A program made the position numbers and the translations under genes. DNA of 64,000 bases from Cyanophyceae cyanobacterium (GTDB lineage Bacteria > Cyanobacteriota > Cyanobacteriia > Cyanobacteriales > Laspinemataceae), in the NCBI GenBank assembly GCA_038321985.1, contig JBBQFN010000008.1, forward strand, positions 64,001-128,000. Reading direction: 5' to 3'. How positions within the stretch are numbered: position 1 is the first letter of the stretch; each line of letters starts with the position of its first letter. Below are positions 21,832-32,509 of this stretch, in pieces. Below the pieces are notes generated by a model, which was not told the origin of the DNA, ran no database searches, and saw only the letters and a program-made list of their open reading frames with translations.

Positions 21832-22206
21832 ATGCCAACAATACAACAACTTATTCGTACAGAACGGCAGAAGATTGAAAAGAAAACCAAATCGCCTGCA
21901 CTCAAGAGTTGTCCGCAGCGTCGGGGCGTTTGTACGAGAGTTTATACCACCACACCGAAAAAACCCAACTCAGCCCTGAGAAAAGTAGCACGGGTTCGCC
22001 TGACCTCTGGATTTGAAGTCACCGCCTACATTCCGGGAATTGGTCATAACCTACAAGAGCACTCCGTTGTCATGATCCGAGGCGGCAGGGTAAAGGATTT
22101 ACCCGGGGTCCGTTACCACATCATTCGTGGGACCTTAGATACGGCTGGAGTCAAAGATCGCCGTCAAGGGCGTTCTAAATACGGGGCCAAACGTCCTAAA
22201 TCCTAA
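21832..22206 (+). CDS. rpsL: 30S ribosomal protein S12
   Basis: [38 protein letters not shown]. Confidence 0.99.
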   Translation: MPTIQQLIRTERQKIEKKTKSPALKSCPQRRGVCTRVYTTTPKKPNSALRKVARVRLTSGFEVTAYIPGIGHNLQEHSVVMIRGGRVKDLPGVRYHIIRGTLDTAGVKDRRQGRSKYGAKRPKS

Positions 22207-22791
22207 ATAGATTTTAAATTAGCTCCGAAGCGTCAGGCGGAACATTTAAAGGTCTTCTTCAAAGTTGGAGGGAGGCGATCGCACCGGGTGGGGTATCCAA
22301 GGTATTGAACCGAACGATTAACGCACTTCCCCCCGATAAGAGAATCCGCACTAAAGCTGAAGCTGATCGCCAAAAAAGAAGTACAATCATGGGGCGCTCA
22401 TCTAGCAAAACGATGGCCTGAAAAACCCCATCGATTCAATCGATTGTCGCGGATGAGCGATCCCGATAAAGATTCTGGCAGTTCTCATCGGAACCTGAAC
22501 ACAAACACTTGACGGAGCAGTCGCCTTGGACGGCACAAGATGCGATCGCCTGACCCGTAAGCATCGGCCAGCAAAACCATCAAGGGGACCAGCGCATCGC
22601 CGAGCGTCACTTCATGGGAGTAAGCGGACCTCCGAACACTCCAAGCCAGAAAACCGCCAACTTTCCACAAAAAGTGGGAGGATTCAAGCTGAAGCGCGTC
22701 AGCCCTGAATCACAGCTAGTCACGGCTAGTTATAAGCGATTCACATTTAGGTACAGTTCAGTTCCAGTAGTTAATTGGGTGAAAAGTTAGT

Positions 22792-23262
22792 ATGTCTCGT
22801 CGCACTGGTAGTCAAAAACGTTCTGTTACTCCCGATCCAGTTTATAACAGCCGCTTGGTTGGTATGATGGTGCGGCGTGTAATGAAGAGTGGCAAAAAGT
22901 CGGTCGCCTTCAATATTGTTTACAACGCCATGAAAACCATCGAGGAAAGAACCGGCGCGGATGCCTTGGAAGTCTTTGAAAAGGCGGTCAAAAATGTGAC
23001 TCCCCTGGTAGAAGTCAAAGGGCGTCGGGTTGGTGGGGCCACTTATCAAGTCCCGATGGAAGTTAGGTCGGATCGCGGTACAGCTTTAGCATTGCGCTGG
23101 ATCATTCACTTTTCCAGAACCCGTGCCGGGCGCACGATGGCAATGAAATTGGCGAACGAATTAATGGATGCCGCCAACGAAACGGGCAATGCCATCCGTA
23201 AACGGGAAGAAACCCATCGGATGGCAGAAGCCAACAAAGCGTTCGCTCACTATCGTTACTAA
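22792..23262 (+). CDS. rpsG: 30S ribosomal protein S7
   Basis: [30 protein letters not shown]. Confidence 0.99.
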   Translation: MSRRTGSQKRSVTPDPVYNSRLVGMMVRRVMKSGKKSVAFNIVYNAMKTIEERTGADALEVFEKAVKNVTPLVEVKGRRVGGATYQVPMEVRSDRGTALALRWIIHFSRTRAGRTMAMKLANELMDAANETGNAIRKREETHRMAEANKAFAHYRY

Positions 23263-23737
23263 AGTCAGAATCAGACCCATTGCAGAAAAAAAAGGTGTTC
23301 TATGTAAACAAATTTTGCAAAAAATATTAAAATGTAACAAGACAGGAGAAAATCCACAGGAGTATAGCCCATTGGGGTTGACTTAAAAACAGTGGATTCT
23401 TTGCTCTCAGGTCGAGTTGACCCACTTTCTGGAACCCTAGGAAGTGGCAAAGCAGAAGTCAAACTCCTTAAAAATTTAACAGCGAGTGACTTTGCAACCC
23501 GAGGAGAGATGTAGGTGGGGTCTCGTCGGGAAGGTAAATCGGTGAGGTAGGGTAGGTAGCCCGAGCAAGGAAACGGCGGGTCAACAAACCCCATTCAAAC
23601 CTAAACCTATAATTTGATCGCGATTCTGATAAACCGCGATCGCTAAGCGTGCCAGAGATAATCGAGGCACGATCACTAAGATGCGTCTAACGCATCATTC
23701 AAAGATAATTTGCGGCAACACAAAAAAGGAGGGAGCT

Positions 23738-25813
23738 GTGGCACGTACTGTCCCGCTTGAGAAAGTGCGAAACATAGGAATCGCCGCCCACATCGATGCG
23801 GGCAAAACCACAACGACGGAGCGGATTCTGTTTTATTCCGGTGTGGTTCACAAAATCGGTGAGGTGCATGACGGCAACACCGTAACAGACTGGATGGAGC
23901 AAGAGCGAGAGCGGGGCATTACCATCACGGCTGCTGCCATCACCACCAGTTGGAAAGATAACCAGATCAATATTATTGACACCCCTGGTCACGTAGACTT
24001 CACGATTGAAGTGGAGCGCTCCATGCGTGTACTAGATGGAGTGATTGCCGTCTTCTGCTCCGTCGGTGGAGTTCAGCCGCAATCCGAAACCGTGTGGCGT
24101 CAAGCCGATCGCTATAAAGTGCCTCGCATCGTGTTTATCAACAAGATGGACCGCACGGGAGCGAATTTCTACCGGGTTTACGATCAGATTTGCGATCGGA
24201 TGCGCACTAACGCCGTCGCGATCCAGCTTCCGATTGGTAACGAAGACCAATTCTCTGGCATCATCGACTTGGTGGGGATGAAGGCTCGGATCTACACTAA
24301 CGATAGTGGCACTGATATTCAAGAGACTGATATTCCCGAGGATATGGTGGAAATCGCTCAAAAGTATCGCACCAAGCTGATTGAAGCGGTGGCAGATATG
24401 AGTGATGTCTTGACAGAAAAATACCTCGAAGGTGAAGAATTCACCCAGGAAGAAATTGTCAAGGCCTTACGTCAGGGAACCATCACAGGGAAGATCGTCC
24501 CGACGATGTGCGGTTCGGCCTTCAAAAACAAAGGGGTACAGCTCTTACTAGATGCCGTGATAGATTACCTACCGGCCCCCATTGATGTCCCACCGATCCA
24601 GGGAACCCTACCGAATGGGGAGGAGATTTTCCGCAGCGCGGATGATAACGCCCCCCTCTCGGCCTTAGCCTTCAAGATCATGGCCGACCCCTACGGGCGT
24701 CTGACCTTTATTCGGGTTTATTCTGGCGTTCTGGAAAAAGGCAGTTACGTTCTGAACTCCACCAAGGACAAGAAAGAACGGATTTCTCGCCTGATTGTCA
24801 TGAAAGCTGACGATCGCATTGAAGTCGATGAACTGCGCGCTGGGGACCTCGGCGCAGCAGTGGGTCTGAAAGACACCTTCACGGGGGATACAATCTGCTC
24901 TTCGGATAGTCCGGTGATTCTAGAATCGCTGTTCATTCCCGAACCTGTGATCTCCGTGGCAGTGGAACCGAAGACCAAGCAAGACATGGAGAAGCTGTCT
25001 AAGGCATTGCAATCCCTGGCTCAAGAAGACCCCACTTTCCGGGTAAGCGTCGATCCCGAAACCAATCAAACCGTGATTGCCGGGATGGGTGAACTTCACC
25101 TAGAAATTCTGGTGGATCGGATGTTGCGTGAGTTTAAGGTAGAAGCGAACGTGGGTGCTCCCCAAGTTGCTTACCGAGAAACCATCCGCAAAGCCGTCAA
25201 AGCCGAAGGGAAATTTATTCGCCAAAGTGGAGGTAAGGGTCAGTACGGTCACGTTGTCATCCAACTAGAACCGGGAGATCCAGGCAGTGGCTTTGAGTTT
25301 GTCTCGAAAATTGTGGGAGGAACAGTACCCAAAGAGTACATTTCCCCAGCAGGACAAGGGATGAAGGAAGCCTGCGAATCTGGGATTTTAGCAGGCTACC
25401 CGATGATTGACATCAGGGCCACCTTGGTAGATGGTTCTTTCCATGATGTTGACTCCTCGGAAATGGCTTTTAAAATTGCTGGCTCTATGGCAATTAAAAA
25501 CGGGGTGATGAATGCTTCACCCGTTCTGTTAGAGCCTATGATGAAGGTTGAGGTAGAAGTTCCCGAGAACTTCCTCGGGGACGTGATGGGCGACCTCAAT
25601 TCCCGCCGGGGCCAAATCGAAGGAATGGGTTCTGAGCAAGGGATTTCCAAGGTGACTGCTAAAGTTCCATTAGCAGAAATGTTTGGCTATGCCACGGATA
25701 TCCGGTCTAAAACTCAAGGCCGAGGTATCTTTACGATGGAGTTTAGCCGCTATGAAGAGGTGCCTCGCAACGTGGCTGAACCCATCATCGCCAAGAGTAA
25801 AGGGAACGCATAA
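23738..25813 (+). CDS. fusA: Elongation factor G
   Basis: [25 protein letters not shown] start at 23738 after aggagggag. Confidence 0.99.
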   Translation: MARTVPLEKVRNIGIAAHIDAGKTTTTERILFYSGVVHKIGEVHDGNTVTDWMEQERERGITITAAAITTSWKDNQINIIDTPGHVDFTIEVERSMRVLDGVIAVFCSVGGVQPQSETVWRQADRYKVPRIVFINKMDRTGANFYRVYDQICDRMRTNAVAIQLPIGNEDQFSGIIDLVGMKARIYTNDSGTDIQETDIPEDMVEIAQKYRTKLIEAVADMSDVLTEKYLEGEEFTQEEIVKALRQGTITGKIVPTMCGSAFKNKGVQLLLDAVIDYLPAPIDVPPIQGTLPNGEEIFRSADDNAPLSALAFKIMADPYGRLTFIRVYSGVLEKGSYVLNSTKDKKERISRLIVMKADDRIEVDELRAGDLGAAVGLKDTFTGDTICSSDSPVILESLFIPEPVISVAVEPKTKQDMEKLSKALQSLAQEDPTFRVSVDPETNQTVIAGMGELHLEILVDRMLREFKVEANVGAPQVAYRETIRKAVKAEGKFIRQSGGKGQYGHVVIQLEPGDPGSGFEFVSKIVGGTVPKEYISPAGQGMKEACESGILAGYPMIDIRATLVDGSFHDVDSSEMAFKIAGSMAIKNGVMNASPVLLEPMMKVEVEVPENFLGDVMGDLNSRRGQIEGMGSEQGISKVTAKVPLAEMFGYATDIRSKTQGRGIFTMEFSRYEEVPRNVAEPIIAKSKGNA

Positions 25814-25818
25814 TAGTA

Positions 25819-25891
25819 GTTCATTGTTGACGGTTCATTGTTCATTGCTTTTTCCCAATGAACAATGAACAATGAACAATGGACAATGAAC
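25819..25891. repeat. STRR-type heptamer repeats (gttcatt / caatgaa) in inverted arrangement between fusA and tuf
   Basis: gttcatt-type units, then caatgaa x3, caatgga, caatgaa; the two blocks can pair. Confidence 0.8.
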
Positions 25892-25916
25892 GATTGAGAA
25901 AGGAACTAGAGAAGAC

Positions 25917-27146
25917 ATGGCACGCACAAAGTTTGAACGGAATAAACCCCACGTTAACATCGGTACAATCGGTCACGTTGACCACGGCAAAACGACCCTG
26001 ACGGCGGCAATTACCTTGACCCTCGCCGCCCTCGGTCAAGCCAAAGCAAGAAAGTACGATGAAATCGATGCTGCTCCCGAAGAAAAACAACGGGGGATCA
26101 CGATTAATACCGCTCACGTGGAATACGAAACGACTGATCGTCACTATGCCCACGTTGACTGCCCCGGTCACGCTGACTATGTGAAGAACATGATCACCGG
26201 CGCAGCCCAGATGGATGGAGCTATTCTGGTGGTGTCGGCAGCAGATGGCCCGATGCCTCAAACCCGGGAACACATCCTGCTCGCAAAGCAGGTGGGGGTT
26301 CCGAATATCGTCGTGTTCTTGAACAAACAAGACCAAGTAGATGATGAAGAACTCCTGGAACTCGTGGAACTGGAAGTTCGCGAACTCCTGACTTCTTATG
26401 ATTTCCCCGGTGACGACATTCCGATTGTCTCGGGTTCGGCTCTGTTGGCACTTGAAGCCTTGACCAAAACCCCGGGTACCAAGAAGGGTGATAATGAGTG
26501 GGTTGATAAAATCTACGCCTTAATGGATCAAGTAGATGCTTACATCCCAACTCCAGAACGGGCGATTGATAAGCCATTCTTGATGGCAGTTGAAGACGTC
26601 TTTTCGATTACAGGTCGGGGAACTGTTGCCACGGGCCGGATCGAACGGGGCAAAGTCAAAGTCGGCGAAACTGTCGAATTAGTTGGAATCAAACCCACTC
26701 GCAGCACCACAGTGACGGGTGTGGAAATGTTCCAAAAAATTCTGGAAGAAGGGCTGGCTGGAGATAACGTCGGAGTTCTGCTCCGGGGGATCCAAAAGGC
26801 TGATATCGAGCGCGGAATGGTGATTGCTAAACCCGGTTCGATTACTCCTCACACTCTGTTTGAATCGGAAGTGTATATTCTCAAGAAAGAAGAAGGTGGC
26901 CGCCATACGCCCTTTTTCTCGGGCTATCGTCCTCAGTTCTACGTGCGGACAACTGACGTAACAGGGACTATTAACGCCTTTACCTCGGACGAGGGAGACG
27001 AAGTGGAAATGGTTATGCCTGGCGATCGCATCAAAATGACGGTGGAATTGATCAACCCGATCGCCATCGAACAAGGGATGCGGTTTGCCATCCGTGAAGG
27101 CGGACGGACCGTCGGAGCCGGTGTGGTAGCCAAAATCCTCAAGTAG
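25917..27146 (+). CDS. tuf: Elongation factor Tu
   Basis: [36 protein letters not shown]. Confidence 0.99.
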   Translation: MARTKFERNKPHVNIGTIGHVDHGKTTLTAAITLTLAALGQAKARKYDEIDAAPEEKQRGITINTAHVEYETTDRHYAHVDCPGHADYVKNMITGAAQMDGAILVVSAADGPMPQTREHILLAKQVGVPNIVVFLNKQDQVDDEELLELVELEVRELLTSYDFPGDDIPIVSGSALLALEALTKTPGTKKGDNEWVDKIYALMDQVDAYIPTPERAIDKPFLMAVEDVFSITGRGTVATGRIERGKVKVGETVELVGIKPTRSTTVTGVEMFQKILEEGLAGDNVGVLLRGIQKADIERGMVIAKPGSITPHTLFESEVYILKKEEGGRHTPFFSGYRPQFYVRTTDVTGTINAFTSDEGDEVEMVMPGDRIKMTVELINPIAIEQGMRFAIREGGRTVGAGVVAKILK

Positions 27147-27316
27147 ACGGACTTTAAGGGCGATCGCGCCCTAGGCAGAACCGTGCTGAAGGCAAGTAGA
27201 GCACAAAAGCGATGATAGAAAAGCTTTTATGCTCTACTTGCATCTGTGCGGAGTACCTCCACGGTGAACCTTTAACCCTGTCAATTTATTAATCGAACCT
27301 AGACAACTAAAAATCA

Positions 27317-27634
27317 ATGGCTACCTTACAACAGCAAAAAATTCGCATTCGTCTAAAAGCCTTCGATCGCCGATTGCTGGATACTTCCTGCGAGAAAATC
27401 GTAGAAACAGCCAATCGGACCAACGCTACAGCGGTCGGGCCCATTCCTTTACCGACAAGGCGGCGTATTTACTGTTTGCTCCGTTCTCCCCACGTCGATA
27501 AAGATTCTCGGGAGCATTTTGAAACCCGGACTCACCGCCGCATTATCGATATCTATCAACCGTCTTCTAAGACCATTGATGCTTTAATGAAACTCGATCT
27601 ACCTGCCGGTGTAGATATTGAAGTCAAACTTTAA
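27317..27634 (+). CDS. rpsJ: 30S ribosomal protein S10
   Basis: [30 protein letters not shown]. Confidence 0.99.
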   Translation: MATLQQQKIRIRLKAFDRRLLDTSCEKIVETANRTNATAVGPIPLPTRRRIYCLLRSPHVDKDSREHFETRTHRRIIDIYQPSSKTIDALMKLDLPAGVDIEVKL

Positions 27635-27716
27635 GCCTCTCCAAAAGCGGAACAAACCAACTGCACAGAGCTGACGCCTCGCCTCTGGCAATACACCAAA
27701 CTCCTGGCTCTAGTCT

Positions 27717-27751
27717 TTAAAAAAGGAGAACTCAGAATTCTCCTTTTTTAA
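27717..27751 (+). terminator. Terminator after rpsJ
   Basis: ttaaaaaaggagaa-ctcagaa-ttctccttttttaa. Confidence 0.65.
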
Positions 27752-27820
27752 ATATTCAGCCTTTAACTTAACCTCTAAAATATCGCCGAGCAAGCCCTTC
27801 TAATTTCAGATAATTTTTAT

Positions 27821-27858
27821 AAATATTGAAAAAATTTACCTAAATTTTTTCAATATTT
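27821..27858. repeat. Perfect AT-rich inverted repeat (18-bp arms, 2-nt spacer)
   Basis: aaatattgaaaaaattta-cc-taaattttttcaatattt. Confidence 0.85.
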
Positions 27859-28019
27859 TATCATACGAAGTAAAAAAAGTCAAGTTTTATTAAAAAAATT
27901 CTCTCTAAAAAATCAAATCCAGTCCGTTAGTCTAAACTGGGGCGCTGATTGCCCTGGAATCGTCAGGTTAATCGTATCAGTTAAGATAAAAGCGCAGTTA
28001 CTTTTTGGAATGAGGGACA

Positions 28020-28664
28020 ATGCAATCCTCCTCCTCGATCGCCGTTCGAGAACTTCCCCTGTTTCCCTTGCCGGAAGTCGTACTATTTCCAGGCCGACCC
28101 CTGCCCCTGCATATTTTCGAGTTTCGCTACCGAATTATGATGAACACAATTCTGGAGAGCGATCGCAGATTTGGGGTGCTCATGTGGGATCCCGTCAAAG
28201 GCCAGCCCACTTCTATCGGTTGCTGTGCTGAAGTTCTTCAATACGTCCGACTCCCCGATGACCGCCTAAAAATGTTAACCCTCGGTCAGCAGAGGTTTCG
28301 AGTCTTAGAATACGTCCGAGAAAAACCCTATCTCGTGGGTTTAGTCGAGTGGCTCGAAGATCAACCCCCTGAGGAAGACCTTAGACCCCTTGCTAGTGAA
28401 GTCGATCGCCTCTTAAGAGATGTCGTCCGTCTTTCCGGTAAACTCATGGATCAAACCATCGAACTTCCCGACGACATCCCCGATCTCCCGGTGGAACTTT
28501 CCTATTGGGTTGCCAGTAACCTTTACGGCGTTGCTGCCGAACAGCAATCCCTCCTGGAAATGCTTGATACTGGCGCAAGACTGGAACGAGAATCGGAAAT
28601 TCTCACCTCTACTCGCTCCCATCTAGCCGCACGGACCGTTCTCAAAGACACCCTAAATGAGTAG
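28020..28664 (+). CDS. LON peptidase substrate-binding (LON-N) domain protein
   Basis: LPLFPLPEVVLFPGRPLPLHIFEFRYR, GQQRFRV; no AAA or protease domain; commonly follows rpsJ in cyanobacteria. Confidence 0.93.
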   Translation: MQSSSSIAVRELPLFPLPEVVLFPGRPLPLHIFEFRYRIMMNTILESDRRFGVLMWDPVKGQPTSIGCCAEVLQYVRLPDDRLKMLTLGQQRFRVLEYVREKPYLVGLVEWLEDQPPEEDLRPLASEVDRLLRDVVRLSGKLMDQTIELPDDIPDLPVELSYWVASNLYGVAAEQQSLLEMLDTGARLERESEILTSTRSHLAARTVLKDTLNE

Positions 28665-28728
28665 CTGGAAATTTTGGATAGGGGATTTTAGAGCTACTCA
28701 CCCCTCTAAAAATCCCCCCTTTAAAATC

Positions 28729-30117
28729 CTAAAACCTAAACCGTCCAACTCCCCCATACCAATGACGCAGAGTCAGCCATACCACCGATAACAATCCGGC
28801 AATACTCAACGTTAAACCCGTATAAGGGACAATTAATCCCCAGATAGGCAAAACCGCGCCAGCAATGGTACAAATCAGTGCGGCTAAGGATGCACGCTTA
28901 TGATTCCCCAAGCCCCATACCAACACCAGCAGGACTATAGAAATTAAAGTCCAAGCGAGGTTAACATCCATCACGCGACTAAAATAGGTCAAACTGAGGA
29001 GTGCTGCAAAAAATAAACCCCCCGCCAGAGAAATATCAACCAGACGCATCGGGACGGATAAATAAAGCAGGACAATCCACCACAAGAAGACCCCCGGTGC
29101 TAACAAGAGTAAACGAGGCAGCACCCCCGTCTTGCGGACTGTATCCGTTGCGGTAAATACACCAAATGGATTACGAACAGAAACATTATCTTCAAATACC
29201 CAACTATAGCGAGTCCCGGATCTTTCCGGTTGGGTAGTAGTTGGGATAATCCCACTGGCAAAATCGGCATTGGGGAAGTTTGCCAGTACAGTTAAGCGAA
29301 AATTAGACAGAGATTCTCCCTGGGAATTGTAAACCCAACGAGGGCCTCCTTGAGCCTTATAAGTAACGCGAAAGCGAGTTTCTTGCCCGGGTTGTAAAGA
29401 AAATGGAAAGCCATAATCTCCGGGATTAATTTGTAGCATTCGTTGACCATCTTGCTCAACTTTAAAGTTTTGAAGCAGGGAATAAGCATAAGGGGGAGGA
29501 ATTTCAAAGAAAAAATTTCGAGTCTCTCTTAGGGAGTTGATGACTTGGTATTCGGCTTCAAACTCAGCAATATAAATGGCTTGGTTATTGCTAACATCCG
29601 TAGATTGATTGAGGGTAACCGCAATTTCAGAACCTGCGATCGCCAGAAAGCGACTGACTTCTTGTGTTCCTTCTCTTTCAACGAATCTCCCCTCAATCCA
29701 CTCCGTGTATTTAGTAGGTTCTTCGACAACATAGCGAACTCGGGGAGAAGGTTGTTCGAGTCGTTCCCCCGAAACCGTTGCGGCTACCTGTTGAACGCGG
29801 GATTGTTCCCAGTGATGGTATCGATTCGCTAAGGTCGAAGATAAAAAGAAACCTCCCCCCAAAAAGGTCAGAATTAGAATAAAATGGGGTAACTTTTGCA
29901 ACAAGACTAAATAACCCCCCACCCATTCTTCTATTAGGGGGAAAGGGGGTTCCGGTTGTCGGTAGGTCCACTTGATTAAAGCGATCGCCAATCCAAAGAC
30001 TACCAAAAAAATCCCTAAACTTAGGGATAGATTGAGAATGCGATCGCCAAACTGCATCAACTCATGAGGATGAGTCAGATCCGGTAATGCGGGAATGCCT
30101 TGAACGGTTGGGTCCAT
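28729..30117 (-). CDS. Integral membrane protein, probably CreD-like
   Basis: Two N-terminal TMs, a large soluble domain and about 5 C-terminal TMs; segment LTVLANFPNADFASGIIP...SGTRYSW recalls CreD (by-eye similarity). Confidence 0.55.
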   Translation of the reverse strand: MDPTVQGIPALPDLTHPHELMQFGDRILNLSLSLGIFLVVFGLAIALIKWTYRQPEPPFPLIEEWVGGYLVLLQKLPHFILILTFLGGGFFLSSTLANRYHHWEQSRVQQVAATVSGERLEQPSPRVRYVVEEPTKYTEWIEGRFVEREGTQEVSRFLAIAGSEIAVTLNQSTDVSNNQAIYIAEFEAEYQVINSLRETRNFFFEIPPPYAYSLLQNFKVEQDGQRMLQINPGDYGFPFSLQPGQETRFRVTYKAQGGPRWVYNSQGESLSNFRLTVLANFPNADFASGIIPTTTQPERSGTRYSWVFEDNVSVRNPFGVFTATDTVRKTGVLPRLLLLAPGVFLWWIVLLYLSVPMRLVDISLAGGLFFAALLSLTYFSRVMDVNLAWTLISIVLLVLVWGLGNHKRASLAALICTIAGAVLPIWGLIVPYTGLTLSIAGLLSVVWLTLRHWYGGVGRFRF

Positions 30118-30291
30118 AATTAGGGGTAAGCTGAAATTACTCAGCTTTTAGAAGGGTTAGAGTCATGTATAATCCTTTCATCGAACCATCCCCATTGGAA
30201 AACCTGGGGAGTCCGAATCTACAGCAAAATTGTTTTACCGTAGATTGCACTGGGATACTTAAATGGCGTCATGGGATCGCCCTCCAGAAAA

Positions 30292-30346
30292 TGACATAAC
30301 TTAGTCATGCGATCGCCATAGAACTGTCATACTTGCTGACTATTCT
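30292..30346 (+). promoter_or_regulatory. 11-bp-periodic G(A/T/C)CAT array (OmpR/PhoB-type site) followed by a -10 element
   Basis: gacat 30293, gtcat 30304, gccat 30315, gtcat 30326; last unit CTGTCAT ends 10 bp before TATTCT (30341-30346). Confidence 0.5.
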
Positions 30347-30351
30347 TTTTA

Positions 30352-30423
30352 TAGAGAGCAATTACGTTCACTTCTCACACCACACAAGGACCTCGCTCAA
30401 ATGCTCCGAGCGGGGTTTTTTTT
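30352..30423 (+). ncRNA. Yfr1-like small RNA
   Basis: gttcACTTCTCACACcacac (one substitution from the Yfr1 ACUCCUCACAC motif), then GC hairpin acctcgctc...gagcggggt and a T-tract; upstream -10 TATTCT. Confidence 0.65.
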
Positions 30424-30611
30424 AAGATAACCTACATTCCTAATGGGGCTTAACCGACTTAGGGTCATCATCGGATATAAATACTTAATCTCTTACCCTG
30501 ACCCTGGGTTTTTTTTGCTGCTATAGAAATTCTATAATCGTTTGATCTCAACCGGAGAAAAACTATTTTAAATATCCCTTCCAATAGCCATTTCTGGGGA
30601 TCCAACATTTT

Positions 30612-31460
30612 TTATTCTCGCGTAATTGCGACAAAATCATAGCTGCCGAAAATTTTTAGGGTCTCCGTGTGGGAACGTAATTCCTGAAAGGCTGATTCTA
30701 CCGAGGATTTTCGAGCATCACATTCTAAATCCAGAAAGAATAGATATTCCCCGAGCGATCGCTTAGTCGGGCGAGATTCGATCCGACTTAAATTAATTCC
30801 CCGACTGGCAAAAACTTGGAGAGGTTGAGAAAGAGAACCCGGAAGATTTGCCGGAACGCTAAATCCCAAGGAGGTATAATTTCCCCCCGGAGAGGGTTGC
30901 AAACTTACCACCCAAAAACGAGTACAGTTATCCGAGCGATCATTAATTGGAAACGAGATGATGGGGAGATCGTAGAGTTCAGCAGCGCGTTGAGAAGAAA
31001 TTGCCGCCGCCAAGCGATCGCCTTCTAACTGCTGCACCGCCTCCGTCGTGGAATTGGTAGGAATTAACTGAACCCAAGGGAGAAATTGTTCCAACCATCC
31101 CTGACATTGAGCTAACGCTTGGGGATGGGAATAAACTGTTTGGATCTCTTGCAAATTTTGGACGGGTGAAATCAGCGCATGAGAAATGGGCAGCACCAAC
31201 GCCAATTGAATTTGTAGAGTATCTAACTGCCAGAGGGTATCCAGAGTCATTGGCACACTTCCTTCCAGGGAATTTTCCACAGGAACTACCGCACGTTGAG
31301 CCTGAGAGTGAGCAACCGCACGTAAAGTCTGAGAAATGCTGGGATACGGACACAACAAACATTCCTCCCCTGTGTCGTACTGCAACTGCTCCACATAAGC
31401 TAAAGCTGCCGCTTCGGAGTAGGTGCCAGGAGGTCCCAAATAGGCAATAGATACCGTCAT
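30612..31460 (-). CDS. pheA: Prephenate dehydratase
   Basis: YLGPPGTYSE, VPVENSLEGSV, SHPQALAQC, NCTRF, ACT domain with NLSRIESRP. Confidence 0.97.
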   Translation of the reverse strand: MTVSIAYLGPPGTYSEAAALAYVEQLQYDTGEECLLCPYPSISQTLRAVAHSQAQRAVVPVENSLEGSVPMTLDTLWQLDTLQIQLALVLPISHALISPVQNLQEIQTVYSHPQALAQCQGWLEQFLPWVQLIPTNSTTEAVQQLEGDRLAAAISSQRAAELYDLPIISFPINDRSDNCTRFWVVSLQPSPGGNYTSLGFSVPANLPGSLSQPLQVFASRGINLSRIESRPTKRSLGEYLFFLDLECDARKSSVESAFQELRSHTETLKIFGSYDFVAITRE

Positions 31461-31733
31461 CTTGTCTTTCCCTCAGTTAACTGGGTTCTTTGTAAAAATT
31501 AGCCCCAGGGCGAACAATAGAAAACCCGAAATTTTGGGCCTACTTGTGCGGATCCCCAGGCACAACTTTCTAGGTGAGATTGTCCCAATTGTTTAAGTTT
31601 TTTGGGGAGTTTCTCAGAAATGCCCTAAAATTAATGGCAAATTAAATCGATTATTGGACGATCGCCTTGGGCATTTCCCGTATTTAATCACCAAATGGCC
31701 CCGTCTTGCTGCATTAGGTTTCAAATTTTACAC

Positions 31734-31751
31734 TTTGTAAAAAAATGTAAA
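31734..31751 (-). promoter_or_regulatory. HLR1 (RpaB-type) site upstream of the first DUF1997 gene
   Basis: Reverse complement TTTACATT-TT-TTTACAAA fully matches (G/T)TTACA(T/A)(T/A)-N2-(G/T)TTACA(T/A)(T/A). Confidence 0.65.
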
Positions 31752-31798
31752 TTTTGGTAGCGTAGTCATTAACCGAACTAAATTTGAGATTAACCAGA

Positions 31799-32389
31799 AT
31801 GCATACTATCCAGTTTGTTGCATCCCAATCTGTAGAAATACCCGTTCCCCTCCAACCTGTTCCAATTCAACATTACCTACGGCAGCCGCAACGGTTAATT
31901 AGGGCGCTTGTCGATCCGACCCGAACCGAACAATTAGGCAAAGAACGGTTTAGATTAAAAATGCGTCCCTTGGAGTTTATGATGCTGCGGATTCAACCGA
32001 CAGTGGACCTGAGAGTCTGGGCAAAACCCGATGGCACGGTTCATTTAGTCTCCGTGGGGAGTGAAATTCGAGGGGTAGAATATATCGATCGCCGCTTCTG
32101 CCTGGATCTGGTGGGAAAACTCTCCCCGGTTGAGCGCGGTGGGGTGACTTATTTGATAGGAAAAGCGGATTTAGTCGTAGAGGTAGATTTGCCACTGCCC
32201 TTGTCTATGGCCCCCAAACCGTTATTAGAAACGACGGGAAATGGATTGCTAAAGAGTGTATTGCTGACGATTAAGCAGCGTTTAATGCACCAGCTTTTGC
32301 TAGATTATCGTCACTGGGCATCGGATGCAAATGAAACAGACTTGACGGTTGGTAGTCCGGTCCTTTCGCCGAATTCACCCCCGGCATAA
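31799..32389 (+). CDS. DUF1997 family protein
   Basis: F.ASQSVEIPV...IQHYLRQPQRL, FRLKMRPL.F..L.IQPTVDL, KQRLMHQLLLDY. Confidence 0.85.
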   Translation: MHTIQFVASQSVEIPVPLQPVPIQHYLRQPQRLIRALVDPTRTEQLGKERFRLKMRPLEFMMLRIQPTVDLRVWAKPDGTVHLVSVGSEIRGVEYIDRRFCLDLVGKLSPVERGGVTYLIGKADLVVEVDLPLPLSMAPKPLLETTGNGLLKSVLLTIKQRLMHQLLLDYRHWASDANETDLTVGSPVLSPNSPPA

Positions 32390-32440
32390 AAAAGGGCGGG
32401 CGGGCAATCGCCAGTTTAGGACCGGGGAATCTGAAAATAT

Positions 32441-32466
32441 TGCAAAGAACTGTAAACTATTGTAAG
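32441..32466 (-). promoter_or_regulatory. HLR1-like site upstream of the second DUF1997 gene
   Basis: tgcaaa / tgtaaa / tgtaag at 10-bp period; reverse complement CTTACAAT-AG-TTTACAGT (2 mismatches). Confidence 0.45.
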
Positions 32467-32509
32467 GTTTACCCATCACACTTAATAAATATTAATAGAG
32501 TCTCCTCCC

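Noticed and set aside
23681..23737. N-terminal extension of EF-G in the ORF track
   Set aside because: The strong RBS and homology point to GTG 23738 as the start.
25819..25891. Possible CRISPR repeats
   Set aside because: Contiguous 7-mers without spacers (STRR-type); no cas genes in the window.
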